From Alphaproteobacteria bacterium (GTDB lineage Bacteria; Pseudomonadota; Alphaproteobacteria; UBA828): a DNA stretch of 64,000 nucleotides. This document shows positions 45,583-56,477 of the stretch, piece by piece. The DNA is taken from NCBI GenBank assembly GCA_965221125.1, contig CBDCRW010000004.1, forward strand, positions 352,001-416,000. Reading direction: 5' to 3'. A program made the translations under genes and the position numbers. Numbering within the stretch: the first letter of the stretch is position 1; each line of letters opens with the position of its first letter. The notes beneath the pieces are model-generated. The model ran no database searches. It was given only the letters and a program-made list of their open reading frames with translations, and was not told the DNA's origin.

Positions 45583-46508
45583 TAGGCGTCCGCCTCGCGC
45601 TGGCGCTGCTGGTGGCGCTGGAACAGCACGATGGGCACGATCAACACCAGCAGCAGGATCACGGCGACTGCGGACGCCACCGGCCAGTCGCGGTTGCTGA
45701 AGAACTCGGTCCAGAGCGTGCGTCCGATCATCAGCGTGCCGGAGCCGCCGAGCAGGTCGGGGATCACGAACTCGCCGACCGCCGGGATGAACACCAGGAA
45801 GCACCCGGCGACGATGCCGGGCCTGGCCAGCGGCACGGTGATCTTCCAGAAGGCGCCGGCCGGGCGGCAGCCGAGGTCGGCCGCGGCCTCCAGCAGCGAG
45901 CGGTCCATCCGCACCAGGTTGGCGTAGAGCGGCAGGACCATGAACGGCAGGTACGAATAGACGATGCCGATGTAGACCGCGATGTTGGTGTTGAGGATGA
46001 TCAGCGGCTCGTCGATCACGCCCACCCAGCGCAGCGCCCCGTTCAGCATCCCCTCGTTCTTGAGGATGCCGATCCAGGCGTAGACCCGGATGAGGAACGA
46101 GGTCCAGAAGGGCAGGATCACCAGCATCACCAGCGTCGCCTGCCAGGCGCGCGGCGCGCGGGCCATGGCGTAGGCGATGGGGAAGCCCACCAGCAGGGCG
46201 AGCGCGGTGGAGATCGCCGCGATCTTGAGGCTGTTCGCGTAGGCGCGGATGTAGAGGCTGTCCTCGATCAGGAGCCGGTAGTTGTCGCCGACCGCGAAGA
46301 GCTCGAAGGAGCTGCCCTCGGGCCACGCGAAGAGCGGCGTGTAGGGGGGGATCGCGAGCTGCACCTCGGCCACGCTGATCTTGAGCACGATGGCGAAGGG
46401 CACGAGGAAGAAGAGGAGCAGCCAGAGATAGGGGCTCGCGATGACCGAGCCGTGCCCGAGCCAGCGCCGGCCTGGGCGCGCGGGCGTGCGGCGTTCCTGG
46501 CTGCTCAT
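45582..46508 (-). CDS. potH: Putrescine ABC permease
   Basis: LPFWTSFLIRVYAW, EAAADLG, NRDWPVASA. Confidence 0.9.
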   Translation of the reverse strand: MSSQERRTPARPGRRWLGHGSVIASPYLWLLLFFLVPFAIVLKISVAEVQLAIPPYTPLFAWPEGSSFELFAVGDNYRLLIEDSLYIRAYANSLKIAAISTALALLVGFPIAYAMARAPRAWQATLVMLVILPFWTSFLIRVYAWIGILKNEGMLNGALRWVGVIDEPLIILNTNIAVYIGIVYSYLPFMVLPLYANLVRMDRSLLEAAADLGCRPAGAFWKITVPLARPGIVAGCFLVFIPAVGEFVIPDLLGGSGTLMIGRTLWTEFFSNRDWPVASAVAVILLLVLIVPIVLFQRHQQRQREADA

Positions 46509-47650
46509 GAGCGGAGCAGGATGCTCGCCTCGACCGGCCAGGTGAGGTGAACGCGGGCGCCCCGGTCGATGGCCGCGCCGGCCTGGCGGAGCCGGTTGGT
46601 CTGGGTCGAGACCACCATCCTGCCGCTGTCGAGGCGCACCCGGTAGGTGGACGTGCTGCCGAGGTAGGCGATCTCGGTCACCTCGCCCGCCATCGCGTTC
46701 GCCGTGCCGGGCGGGGGCGGCTCAGGCGCGATCTCTATTTTTTCCGGCCGCACCGCGAGCAGTACGGGATCGCCTGCCGCAGGCCCGTCGGCGCGGGCCG
46801 GTGCCGCGAGCCCCGCCGGCGCGTCGGCCTGTTCGACCGCGATGTCGTTGCCGTTTACGGCGCTCGCCCGCCCCTCGAAGACGTTCACGTCGCCGATGAA
46901 CTCGGCCACGTAGCGCGAGCAGGGCGCCTCGTAGATCGCGGACGGCGTGTCCACCTGGGCGATGCGGCCTCGATCCATCACCGCGATGCGGTCGGCCACG
47001 GTCATCGCCTCGTCCTGATCGTGGGTGACGATCACGAAGGTGATGCCGACGCGCTGCTGAATCGCCATCAGCTCGAACTGGGTCTGCTCGCGGAGCTTCT
47101 TGTCGAGCGCGGCCAAGGGCTCGTCGAGCAGCAGCAGCTTGGGCCGCTTGACCAGGCTGCGGGCGAGCGCCACGCGCTGGCGCTGCCCGCCGGAGAGCTG
47201 GTGCGGCTTGCGGCGCGCGAGCGGCGACAGCTCCACCAGCGCCAGCGCGTCGGCCACCCGCGTCGCGATCTCGGCCCTCGGCACCCGGTCCTGGCGCAGC
47301 CCGAAGGCGACGTTGCCGGCGACGCTCATGTGGGGGAAGAGCGCGTAGGACTGGAACATCATGTTGACCGGCCGCCGGTAGGGCGGCAGCGCGGCCAGGT
47401 CCTCGCCCTCGAGCAGGAGGGCGCCCGCGCTCGGCGTCTCGAAGCCCGCGAGCATGCGGAGCAGCGTGGTCTTGCCGCAGCCGGACGGGCCGAGCAGGGC
47501 GAAGAATTCGCCCCGCCCGATGTCGAGGGAGACGTCGTCGACGGCGGTGACGGCGCCGAAGCGCTTGCTGACGCCCTCGATGCGGAGGAAGGCGCCGCCG
47601 TTGCCGGGGGCGAGCGGCGTCTTTCCCCCGGCGTCCTGCGGCAGACTCAC
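46505..47650 (-). CDS. potG: Putrescine ABC ATPase
   Basis: GPSGCGKT, PPYRRPVNMMFQSY, LSGGQ, DEPL. Confidence 0.9.
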   Translation of the reverse strand: MSLPQDAGGKTPLAPGNGGAFLRIEGVSKRFGAVTAVDDVSLDIGRGEFFALLGPSGCGKTTLLRMLAGFETPSAGALLLEGEDLAALPPYRRPVNMMFQSYALFPHMSVAGNVAFGLRQDRVPRAEIATRVADALALVELSPLARRKPHQLSGGQRQRVALARSLVKRPKLLLLDEPLAALDKKLREQTQFELMAIQQRVGITFVIVTHDQDEAMTVADRIAVMDRGRIAQVDTPSAIYEAPCSRYVAEFIGDVNVFEGRASAVNGNDIAVEQADAPAGLAAPARADGPAAGDPVLLAVRPEKIEIAPEPPPPGTANAMAGEVTEIAYLGSTSTYRVRLDSGRMVVSTQTNRLRQAGAAIDRGARVHLTWPVEASILLRS

Positions 47651-47693
47651 GAGCGCCGCACCCGCGCGCGCCCGTGCGGTGTGAGCGTCGTGC

Positions 47694-48791
47694 CTATTCC
47701 GCGCCCTTGATGCGGGTCCACATCCGCGTGATGAAGCGCGACACCTTCTGCGGATAGGGGTCGGTCACGTACAGCCCCTTCCGCGCCTCCTCGGTCGGGT
47801 AGATGCCGGGGTCCTCGGTGATCTCCGCGTCCAGCAGCGGGGTCGAGGCGGCGTTGCCGTTCGCGTAGTAGACGTAGTTGGACGCCTTGGCGATCACCTC
47901 GGGCCGCAGGATGTAGTCGAGGAAGGTGTGCGCGTTGCCCGGATGCGGCGCATCCGCCGGGATCGCCATCATGTCGAACCACGACAGCGCGCCCTCGTCC
48001 GGGATCACGTAGGCGATCTCGACGTTGTTCTCGGCCTCCCAGGCGCGGTCGCGGGCCTGCAGCATGTCGCCCGACCAGCCCATGGTGAGGCAGATGTCGC
48101 CGTTGGCGAGATCGTTGATCTGGGCCGAGTTGTGGAAGCGGCGGATGTGGGGGCGGATCGCCAGCATCACCGGCTCGACCTTGGCGATCACGTCCGTGTC
48201 GTGGCTGTTGGGGTCCTCGCCGATGTAGTTGAGCACGGCCGGGACCACTTCGTCCGGCTCGTCCATCATGTAGACCCCGCAATCGGCGAACTGCGAGACC
48301 ACGTCGGGGTCGAAGAGCATGCCCCAGGAGCCGGTGGGCGCGTCGGGCGCGCGCTCGGCGATCTTGTCGATGTTGTAGCCGAAGCCCGTGGTGCCCCACA
48401 TGTAATTGATGGCGTACTGGTTGCCCGGGTCCCACTGGCTCACGACCGACATGATGGTCTCGTCCAGGTTGCCGATGTTGGCGAGCTTGCCCTTGTCGAG
48501 CGGCTGGAAGATGCCGGCCTGGATCTGGCGCGCGAGGAAGGTCCCGCTCGGCACAACCACGTCGTAGCCGGTGCTGCCGGTGAGCAGCTTGGTCTCCAGG
48601 ATGTTGTTGGAATCGAAGACGTCGTAGACGACCTTGATCCCTGTCTCGGCTTCGAACTCGCTCAGAATCTCCTCGTCGATGTAGTCCGACCAGTTGTAGA
48701 CGTTGACGACGGCCTCCTCCTCGGCGAAGGCCGTGGTCGCAGCCAGGAGCGCCGCAGCGGCGGCGCCGGCGGTCAGCGGCAGCTTGATCAT
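47694..48791 (-). CDS. potF: Putrescine-binding periplasmic protein
   Basis: VYNWSDYI, YDVFDSN, YMWGTTG, WSGD, WFDMMAIP. Confidence 0.9.
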   Translation of the reverse strand: MIKLPLTAGAAAAALLAATTAFAEEEAVVNVYNWSDYIDEEILSEFEAETGIKVVYDVFDSNNILETKLLTGSTGYDVVVPSGTFLARQIQAGIFQPLDKGKLANIGNLDETIMSVVSQWDPGNQYAINYMWGTTGFGYNIDKIAERAPDAPTGSWGMLFDPDVVSQFADCGVYMMDEPDEVVPAVLNYIGEDPNSHDTDVIAKVEPVMLAIRPHIRRFHNSAQINDLANGDICLTMGWSGDMLQARDRAWEAENNVEIAYVIPDEGALSWFDMMAIPADAPHPGNAHTFLDYILRPEVIAKASNYVYYANGNAASTPLLDAEITEDPGIYPTEEARKGLYVTDPYPQKVSRFITRMWTRIKGAE

Positions 48792-48890
48792 GGGATTCGT
48801 CCTCTCTTGCCCGGCCTCGTGCGGCGGGCCGCAGTGGCGGTCGGAGGATTCAGGACCTTCGCGGCGCCCCTGTCAACGCGCCCGCCCGTC

Positions 48891-49685
48891 TTATCGCGCA
48901 AACGTGACGCCGGCCTCGCCCAGGCCCTCGATGGCGACCGAGACCGTATCGCCGGGCTCGACCCACTTGGTCTCGACGACGCTTCCGGTCAGCACCACGT
49001 CGCCGGCCCGGAGCGGGCGTCCGCTCGCGGCGGCGTGGTTCGCGAGCCAGGTGAGCGCCTCGAAGGGGTGGCCCATCACGTCGGCCCCGGTCCCGGCGCC
49101 CACCTGTGCGCCGTTGATCGCCATGGTGCCGCCCGCCGCCGCGAGGTCCACGCCCCGCCACCCGGCGACCGGCGGGCCGAGCACGGCGCCGGCGCTGAAG
49201 AAGTCATCGGCGATCAGCGTCGGCGTGTCGAGAGCGCGAAAATCCTCGTAGCGGTCGTCGACGATCTCGATGGCCGCCATGCAGGCCTCGACAGCGGCGG
49301 CGACGGCGGCGCGGTCGAAGGGCGCCTCGTTGGCTGGCAGCGGCTGGCCGAGTCTCACCGCGATCTCGCACTCGACCCCCGGCCGCCAGTGGTCGGCGTA
49401 GGCGACCGTCGCGGGCGCAGCATGGGTCCGGTGCTCGTAGAGCGCGCCGGCGCAAGGGTGGGCGATCTCCAGGTAGCGCTGCATCACCGGCGTGGTGCAG
49501 CCGATCTTGCGGCCGCAGACGGCGCCGTGGGTCGCGGCGAGGCGCGCGTTGAGCGCGGCCTGGACCGCGTAGGCGTCGTCGAGCGTGGCGGGCCGGCAGT
49601 CGTGTGGCAGGGCGTCGATCCGCCGCTGCCGGTCGCGGGCGCCGGCGTAGAGAGAGACCGCCCGGTCGATGGCGTCCGGCGTCAC
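48891..49685 (-). CDS. 2-keto-4-pentenoate hydratase-like (FAH superfamily) protein
   Basis: [33 protein letters not shown]. Confidence 0.87.
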   Translation of the reverse strand: MTPDAIDRAVSLYAGARDRQRRIDALPHDCRPATLDDAYAVQAALNARLAATHGAVCGRKIGCTTPVMQRYLEIAHPCAGALYEHRTHAAPATVAYADHWRPGVECEIAVRLGQPLPANEAPFDRAAVAAAVEACMAAIEIVDDRYEDFRALDTPTLIADDFFSAGAVLGPPVAGWRGVDLAAAGGTMAINGAQVGAGTGADVMGHPFEALTWLANHAAASGRPLRAGDVVLTGSVVETKWVEPGDTVSVAIEGLGEAGVTFAR

Positions 49686-49692
49686 GGCGCCC

Positions 49693-50634
49693 TCACGCGG
49701 CGCTTGCCCGGTGGTTCAGCGCTTCCACCGCCGGCTGCACCTCGGCGATAAGCCGGCGCGTCTGGTCCAGAACGTCGTCGTCGTCGCTGCCGATCGGCCA
49801 CGCCACGAACTTCGACACGCCGGCCGCGACGAACTCCTCGATCCGCCGCATGATGTCCGCGCCGTCGCCGGCGACGATGCCGCCCCTGGGGTCGCGCTGG
49901 AAGCGCACCGCGTAGGTCTCGGCCATCCGCTGCATGAGGGGCTCGTCCCAGCTGCCGAAGCGGAAGTGGAAGCTCGCGCCGTAGTGGTCCGCGTCGATGC
50001 GCCGCCCGGTCTCCTTCAGCGCCTCCTTGATCCCGGCGATGGCGGGCGCCACCTGCGCCGGCGTCTCCAGCCCGGCCACCCAGCCGGTGCCGATGCGCGC
50101 CGTGCGCCGGATCGCCGGCTTGCTCGAACCGCCGAGCCAGAGCGGCAGCGCCTTCTGCACCGGCTTGGGCTCGATCCTCGCGCCTGCGTAACGGTAGAAC
50201 TCGCCGTCGAAATCGACCGAGTCCTCGGTCCAGAGCCGGGCGATCAATTCCAGCCCCTCGTCGGTGCGCCGGCCGCGGCCCGCAGTATCCGTGCCGGTCG
50301 CCGCCCAGTCCGGCGCGCGGATCGCGCCGATGCCGAAGGCCGGCAGCAGGCGGCCTTCGCTCAGCACGTCGATGGTGGCGCACTGCTTGGCGAGCAGCAG
50401 CGGGTCGCGCAGGCCGACCGAGGCGACGTTCATGCCGAACTTGATGCGCTCGGTCCGCCCGGCGAGCGCCGCCATCACGCTCATCACCTCGAGGAAGGGC
50501 TCGTCGGAGACGAGGCGGTCGGTCTGCCAGAGCGAATCGACCCCGCCCTCCTCGCAGAGGTCGACCCAGCGCCAGAAGGCGCGCGCGCCCGAGAACGGGA
50601 ATGCGTTGAGTCCCAGTCCGACGGCGATCGACAA
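49693..50634 (-). other. LLM-class flavin-dependent oxidoreductase
   Basis: [16 protein letters not shown]...[17 protein letters not shown] start with a GGGAGG RBS. Confidence 0.85.
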
Positions 50635-50748
50635 CGACGCCTCCCTCGCCCACGTCCGCAGGGCGCTGCGTCACGCCCTGCGAGGTCCGTCATTTCTACG
50701 CGTGGGGGCTGGCAGGGTCCAGCCGGGTGGCTTGCCGGGGTGCTGGCG

Positions 50749-50777
50749 TTGACAGCCTTTCGGGCCGGTCATAGTGT
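50749..50777 (+). promoter_or_regulatory. Putative sigma70 promoter of etfBA-hbd
   Basis: TTGACA-N17-TAGTGT. Confidence 0.55.
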
Positions 50778-50847
50778 GCGGCGCGCGCGGCGGAAGGTCC
50801 GCACGGACGCGCCGGCGGTCTTGTCCATCCGCCCAGCGGGAATGCCC

Positions 50848-51600
50848 ATGAAGGTTCTGGTCGCGGTCAAACGCACGATCGATCCCAACGTGAAGGTGCG
50901 GGTGAAGTCCGACCAGTCCGGGGTCGAGACCGCAAACGTCAAGATGGCGATGAACCCCTTCTGCGAGATCGCCGTCGAGGAAGCCGTGCGGATGAAGGAG
51001 GCCGGCAGCGCCGAGGACGTGGTCGCCGTCTCCGCAGGCGCCGACAAGGCGCAGGAGACGCTGCGCACCGCGCTCGCCATGGGGGCCGACCGCGCCGTCC
51101 ACATCGTGACCGAAGAGGAGCTTCAGCCCCTCGCCGTGGCGCGGCTTCTCAAGGTGATCGCGGACGAGGAGAAGCCCGGCCTCGTCATCCTCGGCAAGCA
51201 GGCCATCGACGACGACAGCAACCAGACCGGGCAGATGCTGGCGGCGCTGCTCGGCTGGCCGCAGGCGACCTTCGCCTCCGAGATCGTGTTCAAGGACGGG
51301 ACGGCCGACGTGACCCGCGAGATCGACGGCGGCCTCGAGACCCTCAACGTCAACCTGCCGGCGGTGGTCACCACCGACCTCAGGCTGAACGAGCCGCGCT
51401 ATGCCTCGCTCCCCAACATCATGAAGGCCAAGAAGAAGCCGATCGACCGGCGCGACGCGGGCTCCCTCGGCGTGGACGTGAGCCCGCGGCTCTCGGTGCA
51501 CACGGTGGCGGAGCCGCCCAAGCGCGAGGCGGGCATCAAGGTGGCGGACGTATCGGAACTCGTCGCGAAGCTCCGCGACGACGCCAAGGTGATCGGATGA
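50848..51600 (+). CDS. etfB: Electron transfer flavoprotein beta subunit
   Basis: [38 protein letters not shown]. Confidence 0.95.
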   Translation: MKVLVAVKRTIDPNVKVRVKSDQSGVETANVKMAMNPFCEIAVEEAVRMKEAGSAEDVVAVSAGADKAQETLRTALAMGADRAVHIVTEEELQPLAVARLLKVIADEEKPGLVILGKQAIDDDSNQTGQMLAALLGWPQATFASEIVFKDGTADVTREIDGGLETLNVNLPAVVTTDLRLNEPRYASLPNIMKAKKKPIDRRDAGSLGVDVSPRLSVHTVAEPPKREAGIKVADVSELVAKLRDDAKVIG

Positions 51601-52550
51601 GCGTCCTCGTTCTGGCAGAGCACGACAACGCCGCGCTGAAGCGGCCGAGCCTCAACGCGGTCACGGCGGCTTGCGCGCTCGGCGGCGAGGTTCACGTGCT
51701 GGTCGCGGGCTCCGGCGCCGGGGCGGTGGCGGAGGCCGCCGCGCAGGTCGCGGGCGTCGCCAAGGTCCTGCACGCGGACGATGCGGCCTACGAGCACGGC
51801 ATCGCCGAGAACCTGGCCCCGCTGCTGGTCGGCCTCGCCGAGAGCTACAGCCACCTGGTCGCGTCTGCCACCACCTTCGGCAAGAACGTGATGCCGCGCG
51901 TGGCCGCATTGCTCGACGTGGCCCAGATCTCCGAGATCATCGAGATCGTCTCCAACAGCGTCTTCGTGCGCCCGACCTATGCGGGCAACGCGCTCGCCAC
52001 GGTCGAGAGCGCCGACGCCATAAAGGTCGTGACCGTGCGCACCACCGCGTTCGACGCAGCACCGGCGGAAGGCGGCAGCGCCGCGATCGAGGCGGTGGCG
52101 GGCGCCGGCGACCAGGGGCTGGTCCGCTTCGTCCGCCACGAGCTGAGCAAGTCGGACCGCCCAGAGCTGACCAGCGCGGGCATCGTGATCTCCGGCGGGC
52201 GCGGCATGCAGAGCGGCGAGAACTTCCCGCTGATCGAGGCCGTGGCCGACCGGCTGGGCGCCGCCGTCGGCGCCTCGCGCGCAGCGGTCGATGCCGGCTA
52301 CGTGCCCAACGACTTCCAGGTCGGCCAGACCGGCAAGGTGGTGGCGCCCGACCTCTACATCGCGGTCGGCATATCCGGCGCGATCCAGCACCTCGCCGGG
52401 ATGAAGGACAGCCGCGTGATCTGCGCCATCAACAAGGACGAGGAAGCGCCGATCTTCCAGATCGCCGACTTCGGCCTCGTGGCCGACCTCTTCAAGGTCC
52501 TGCCGGAGCTTGCCGAAGAGCTCGACCGCCAGGGCATCTCGAAGGGCTGA
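51597..52550 (+). CDS. etfA: Electron transfer flavoprotein alpha subunit
   Basis: [28 protein letters not shown]. Confidence 0.95.
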   Translation: MSVLVLAEHDNAALKRPSLNAVTAACALGGEVHVLVAGSGAGAVAEAAAQVAGVAKVLHADDAAYEHGIAENLAPLLVGLAESYSHLVASATTFGKNVMPRVAALLDVAQISEIIEIVSNSVFVRPTYAGNALATVESADAIKVVTVRTTAFDAAPAEGGSAAIEAVAGAGDQGLVRFVRHELSKSDRPELTSAGIVISGGRGMQSGENFPLIEAVADRLGAAVGASRAAVDAGYVPNDFQVGQTGKVVAPDLYIAVGISGAIQHLAGMKDSRVICAINKDEEAPIFQIADFGLVADLFKVLPELAEELDRQGISKG

Positions 52551-52559
52551 GCCGCAGCC

Positions 52560-53432
52560 ATGGTCAAGACGATCGGGATCATCGGAGCGGGCCGCATGGG
52601 GAGCGGCATCGCCCACGTCGCCGCGCTCTCCGGCTTCGACGTGGTGCTCAGCGATCTGGGCCAGGCCGAACTCGACAGCGCACTGGAGACCATCGGCACC
52701 AACCTCGGCCGCCAGGCGCGCAAGGGCCTGATCGCTGACGAGGAGCCGGCGGCGGCGCTGGGGCGGATATCGACGGCGGTCGGGCCCGATGCCATGGCGG
52801 GCGTCGACATGGTGATCGAGGCGGTCGTCGAGGACGAGGCGGTCAAGAAGGAGGTTTTCGGCGCGCTCAAGGGTGTGCTGCCCGAGCACACCATCATCTG
52901 CACCAACAGCTCGTCGTTGCCCGTCACCCGCCTCGCTGCGAGCACCGACCGGCCCGGCAAGTTCATGGGCATGCACTTCATGAACCCGGTGCCGATGATG
53001 GAGCTGGTGGAGCTGGTGCGCGGTATCGCGACCGAGGAAGAGACTTACGAGACCGCGCGCGGGGTCACCGAGCGCATGGGCAAGATCCCGGCCATGGCCG
53101 AGGATTTCCCCGCCTTCATCGTGAACCGCATCCTCATGCCGATGGTCAACGAGGCGATCTACGCGCTCTACGAGGGCGTCGGCACCGTGAAGGCCATCGA
53201 CACGGCGATGAAGCTCGGCGCCCACCACCGCATGGGGCCGCTGGAGCTTGCCGACTTCATCGGCCTCGACACCTGCCACTCGATCATGCAGGTGCTCTAC
53301 GAGGGCTTGGCCGACAGCAAGTACCGGCCCTGCCCCCTGCTCGCGAAGTACGTCGAGGCCGGCTGGCTCGGCCGCAAGACCGGCAAGGGCTTTTACGACT
53401 ACTCCACCGGCACGCCCGTCCCCACCCGCTGA
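52560..53432 (+). CDS. hbd: 3-hydroxybutyryl-CoA dehydrogenase
   Basis: [43 protein letters not shown]. Confidence 0.92.
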   Translation: MVKTIGIIGAGRMGSGIAHVAALSGFDVVLSDLGQAELDSALETIGTNLGRQARKGLIADEEPAAALGRISTAVGPDAMAGVDMVIEAVVEDEAVKKEVFGALKGVLPEHTIICTNSSSLPVTRLAASTDRPGKFMGMHFMNPVPMMELVELVRGIATEEETYETARGVTERMGKIPAMAEDFPAFIVNRILMPMVNEAIYALYEGVGTVKAIDTAMKLGAHHRMGPLELADFIGLDTCHSIMQVLYEGLADSKYRPCPLLAKYVEAGWLGRKTGKGFYDYSTGTPVPTR

Positions 53433-53450
53433 AAGCCTATGAGAGCGATT

Positions 53451-53604
53451 GGAGCGCGTCCGTCCTTGACGGACGCGCGACAGGCCGCGACCGCGGCCCG
53501 CCGCGAATGCGGCGCCCTCGCGGAGGCGCTGGCCGCAGGCCAGCTGCCGTGAGCGAAAAATGCGCTTGAAGCGTTTCCGTTAGACACGGAAACGCTTCAG
53601 GCGC
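53451..53604 (-). repeat. Multi-hairpin dispersed element, copy C
   Basis: Near-identical to copy A in reverse complement; the first stem includes the rlmH stop codon. Confidence 0.9.
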
Positions 53605-54049
53605 GATGGTAGGGGTGGCCAGAGAGGATGCTCGCCGCCCGCCAGAGCTGCTCCGCCAGCATCGCGCGGGCAAGCAGATGCGGCCACGTCATCGGCCCGA
53701 GCGAGAGAACCATGTCGGCGCGGGAGCGGGCAGGGGCCCCGTGGCCGTCGGCGCCCCCGATCAGGAAAGCCACAACCGCCGCGCCATCGTCCCGGACGCG
53801 CGCGAGATGGGCGGCGAACGCCTCGCTGGCGAGCGCCTTGCCGGCGCCGTCGAGCGCCACGACATGGGCGCCTTCGGGAATCCCCTTCAAGAGCGCCGCC
53901 GCCTCGCGCTCGCGGCCCGCATTGCCGCCGCCACCGGCCCGGACCTCGCGCAGCTCGAGCGGCCACGGCAGGCGCCGGCGGTAGCTCTCGAAGAGTTTCT
54001 GAGCCGGATCGTCCCGGCCCCGGCCCACTGCCGCCACGATAAGGCGCAT
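53597..54049 (-). CDS. rlmH: 23S rRNA pseudouridine(1915)-N3 methyltransferase
   Basis: FLIGGADG, SLGPMTWPH, EQLWRA..I..GHPYHR. Confidence 0.93.
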   Translation of the reverse strand: MRLIVAAVGRGRDDPAQKLFESYRRRLPWPLELREVRAGGGGNAGREREAAALLKGIPEGAHVVALDGAGKALASEAFAAHLARVRDDGAAVVAFLIGGADGHGAPARSRADMVLSLGPMTWPHLLARAMLAEQLWRAASILSGHPYHRA

Positions 54050-54100
54050 CGGTGGCCGGCGCTCCGCTCTCTCGGCTAACCGGCGGCGGGCGGTGCGCCG

Positions 54101-54517
54101 CTAATCCTCGTCGGCAAGCGCCAGCGCGTCCGCCTCGCCGAGGGCCTCGACGGACCACATCTTCTCGAGGTTGTAGAGGGCGCGAACCTCGGGCCGGAAG
54201 ACGTGCACGATGATGTCGCCCGCGTCGATCAGCACCCAGTCCGCGTTCTCGCGGCCTTCCGCCGCGCGCGCCGGCGTGCCGTCGTCCTTGAGCTGTTTCA
54301 GGAGCCGTTCCGCCACCGCACCGACATGGCGCCTCGACCGTCCGCTGGCGATGACCATGAGGTCGGCGATCGTGGTCTTGCCGTCGAGGTCGATGGTGAC
54401 GATGTCTTCCGCCTTGGCGTCGTCGAGCGCGGCGGCGACGGTCCGGAGAAGCGCCTCGGCGCCGGCCTTGCCCGGCTCCCGGCGATGGGACCTAACAGGT
54501 CGGTTCGGTACCGTTAT
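54101..54517 (-). CDS. rsfS: Ribosome silencing factor (start probably a non-canonical ATA)
   Basis: DDAKAEDIVTID...MVIASGRS.RHV, DWVLIDAGDIIVHVF, YNLEKMW; family similarity extends upstream of the first ATG at 54358. Confidence 0.9.
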   Translation of the reverse strand: MTVPNRPVRSHRREPGKAGAEALLRTVAAALDDAKAEDIVTIDLDGKTTIADLMVIASGRSRRHVGAVAERLLKQLKDDGTPARAAEGRENADWVLIDAGDIIVHVFRPEVRALYNLEKMWSVEALGEADALALADED

Positions 54518-55173
54518 GGTGTTCCTCCAGCCTCCCCTTGGCGGCCCGCCGCGCAGCCGTCAGCGCGCAATGCGGTCGCTGACGCGGGATGCAGCGGTCC
54601 GTGGATCACCATCCATGCGGGCGGCTTGCTTCGCACGAGCGCTGGCGCTCGGCGTTCCGCCATTCTTCGGCGTGCGAATCGTTTCGCAGGCTTAACCACA
54701 CTGGCATAGCGAGAGTAAGGCCAGCGGTCGATGACCGCAATGGGTAGTGCCTCGAAGAGCGCGGGCCAGCGTCGCCATTCGGCGAGCGTCGGCAGGTTGT
54801 CGGCGCCGACGATCCAGACCAGCCGGTGCCGCGGGAAGCGCCGCCTGAGGCGCACCACCGTATCCACCGAATAGCGGCTGCCGAAGCGGCGCTCGATATC
54901 GCTCACGCGGAGCCTGCTGTCGCCGGCCGCGTTCCTCGCGCCGGCCAGCCGCTCGTCGAACGCCGCCATCCCGGCGCGGGGCTTGAGCGGGTTCTGCGGC
55001 GAGACCAGCCACCACACCTCGTGCAAGCCGAGCCGCTTGAGCGCCAGCAGGCTGATGTGGCGGTGCCCCGCGTGGGCCGGATTGAAGGAGCCTCCGAGCA
55101 GGCCGATCCTGCGGCCCGGCGGCCGCGCGCGCGGCACGTCGCCCCGGACCGGCCGGGACCGCCGCCGGCGCAT
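54514..55173 (-). CDS. nadD: Nicotinate-nucleotide adenylyltransferase
   Basis: GGSFNPAHAGH, SPQNPLK, GAD, SATALR; start uncertain. Confidence 0.9.
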   Translation of the reverse strand: MRRRRSRPVRGDVPRARPPGRRIGLLGGSFNPAHAGHRHISLLALKRLGLHEVWWLVSPQNPLKPRAGMAAFDERLAGARNAAGDSRLRVSDIERRFGSRYSVDTVVRLRRRFPRHRLVWIVGADNLPTLAEWRRWPALFEALPIAVIDRWPYSRYASVVKPAKRFARRRMAERRAPALVRSKPPAWMVIHGPLHPASATALRADGCAAGRQGEAGGTP

Positions 55174-55187
55174 GGGGACGAGCGTGA

Positions 55188-56477
55188 TCAGGGGCGAACC
55201 TGTCCGGTGCCGTACACCTTGTACTTGTACGTGGTGAGCTGCTCGACGCCCACCGGCCCGCGCGCATGCAGCTTGCCGGTGGAGATTCCGATCTCGGCAC
55301 CCATGCCGAACTCGCCGCCGTCGGCGAACTGGGTGGACGCATTGTGCAGCACGATCCCGCTGTCGACGCGCTCCATGAAGCGCTCGGCGGCGGCGGCGTC
55401 CTCGGTGATGATGCTGTCGGTATGGTGCGAGCCGTGCTCGTTGACGTGGGCGATCGCCGCGTCGAGCCCGTCCACCACGCCCACCGAGATGATCGCGTCG
55501 AGGTATTCCGTGCCCCAGTCGGCGTCGGCGACCGGCACCACGCGCGAATCGAGGGCTTGTACGCGCGCATCGCCCCGCACCTCGCAGCCGGCCTCGAACA
55601 GGGGCTCGAGGATCGCCGGCAGCGAGGCTTCCACGGCCGCGTCCACCAGCAGCGTCTCCGCCGCGCCGCAGATGCCTGTGCGCCGCATCTTGGCGTTGAA
55701 GGTGACGTCGCGCGCCTTCTCGGGGTCGGCGGCGGCGTGCACGTAGACATGGCAGTTGCCGTCCAAGTGCGCCATCACCGGCACCCGGCTCTCCGCCAGC
55801 ACGCGCTCGATCAGCGAGCGGCCGCCGCGCGGGACGATCAGGTCGAGCGCGTCGTCCATGGTGAGCAGGATGCCGACGGCCGCGCGGTCGGTGGTCGGCA
55901 CCAGCTGGATGCAGCCTGCCGGCAGCCCGGTCTCGACCAGCGCCGCTTGCAGCGCCGCGGCGATGGCGCGCGAAGAGTGATAGCTCTCCGAGCCGCCGCG
56001 CAGGATGGCCGCGTTCCCCGCCATCAGGCAGAGCGCGCCGGCGTCGGCGGTCACGTTGGGCCGCGATTCGTAGATGATCCCGATGACGCCGATGGGCACC
56101 GAGACCCGGCGGATACGCAGCCCGTTGGGCCGCTCCCACTCGCCGAGTAGCCGGCCGAGGGGGTCGTCCAGCGCGGCCACCTGCTCGACGCCCGCCGCCA
56201 TCGCCTCGACGCGGCCGGGATCCAGCGCCAAGCGGTCGAGCAGCGCGCCGCTCAAGCCCGAGTCCCGCGCCGCCGCCATGTCGGCCGCGTTGGCCTGCAG
56301 GATCGCCGCTTGGTCCTTGCGGATGGCTTCTGCCGCCGCATGGAGCGCGCGCCGCCTCGCCTCAGCGGAGGCCGCGCCAAGCGCCTGCGCTGCGGCACGG
56401 GCCTCGGCGCCGAGCGCCGCCATCGCGGCAGCGATGTCGGGTTCCGTCTCGCGGCGCTGTGCCTGGGTCATGCTCAC
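55188..56477 (-). CDS. proA: Glutamate-5-semialdehyde dehydrogenase
   Basis: [34 protein letters not shown]. Confidence 0.95.
   Translation of the reverse strand: MSMTQAQRRETEPDIAAAMAALGAEARAAAQALGAASAEARRRALHAAAEAIRKDQAAILQANAADMAAARDSGLSGALLDRLALDPGRVEAMAAGVEQVAALDDPLGRLLGEWERPNGLRIRRVSVPIGVIGIIYESRPNVTADAGALCLMAGNAAILRGGSESYHSSRAIAAALQAALVETGLPAGCIQLVPTTDRAAVGILLTMDDALDLIVPRGGRSLIERVLAESRVPVMAHLDGNCHVYVHAAADPEKARDVTFNAKMRRTGICGAAETLLVDAAVEASLPAILEPLFEAGCEVRGDARVQALDSRVVPVADADWGTEYLDAIISVGVVDGLDAAIAHVNEHGSHHTDSIITEDAAAAERFMERVDSGIVLHNASTQFADGGEFGMGAEIGISTGKLHARGPVGVEQLTTYKYKVYGTGQVRP

Noticed and set aside
42095-48791. Glutamine synthetase glnA or a novel system
   Set aside because: The context (PuuB-like oxidase, potFGHI) fits the known gamma-glutamylation polyamine pathway.
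49669-51600. Apparent N-terminal fusions on etfB (also proB, nadD, potI, cyt c 4051, amidase, SBP, ABM)
   Set aside because: The upstream parts overlap other real genes; family homology begins at internal start codons.
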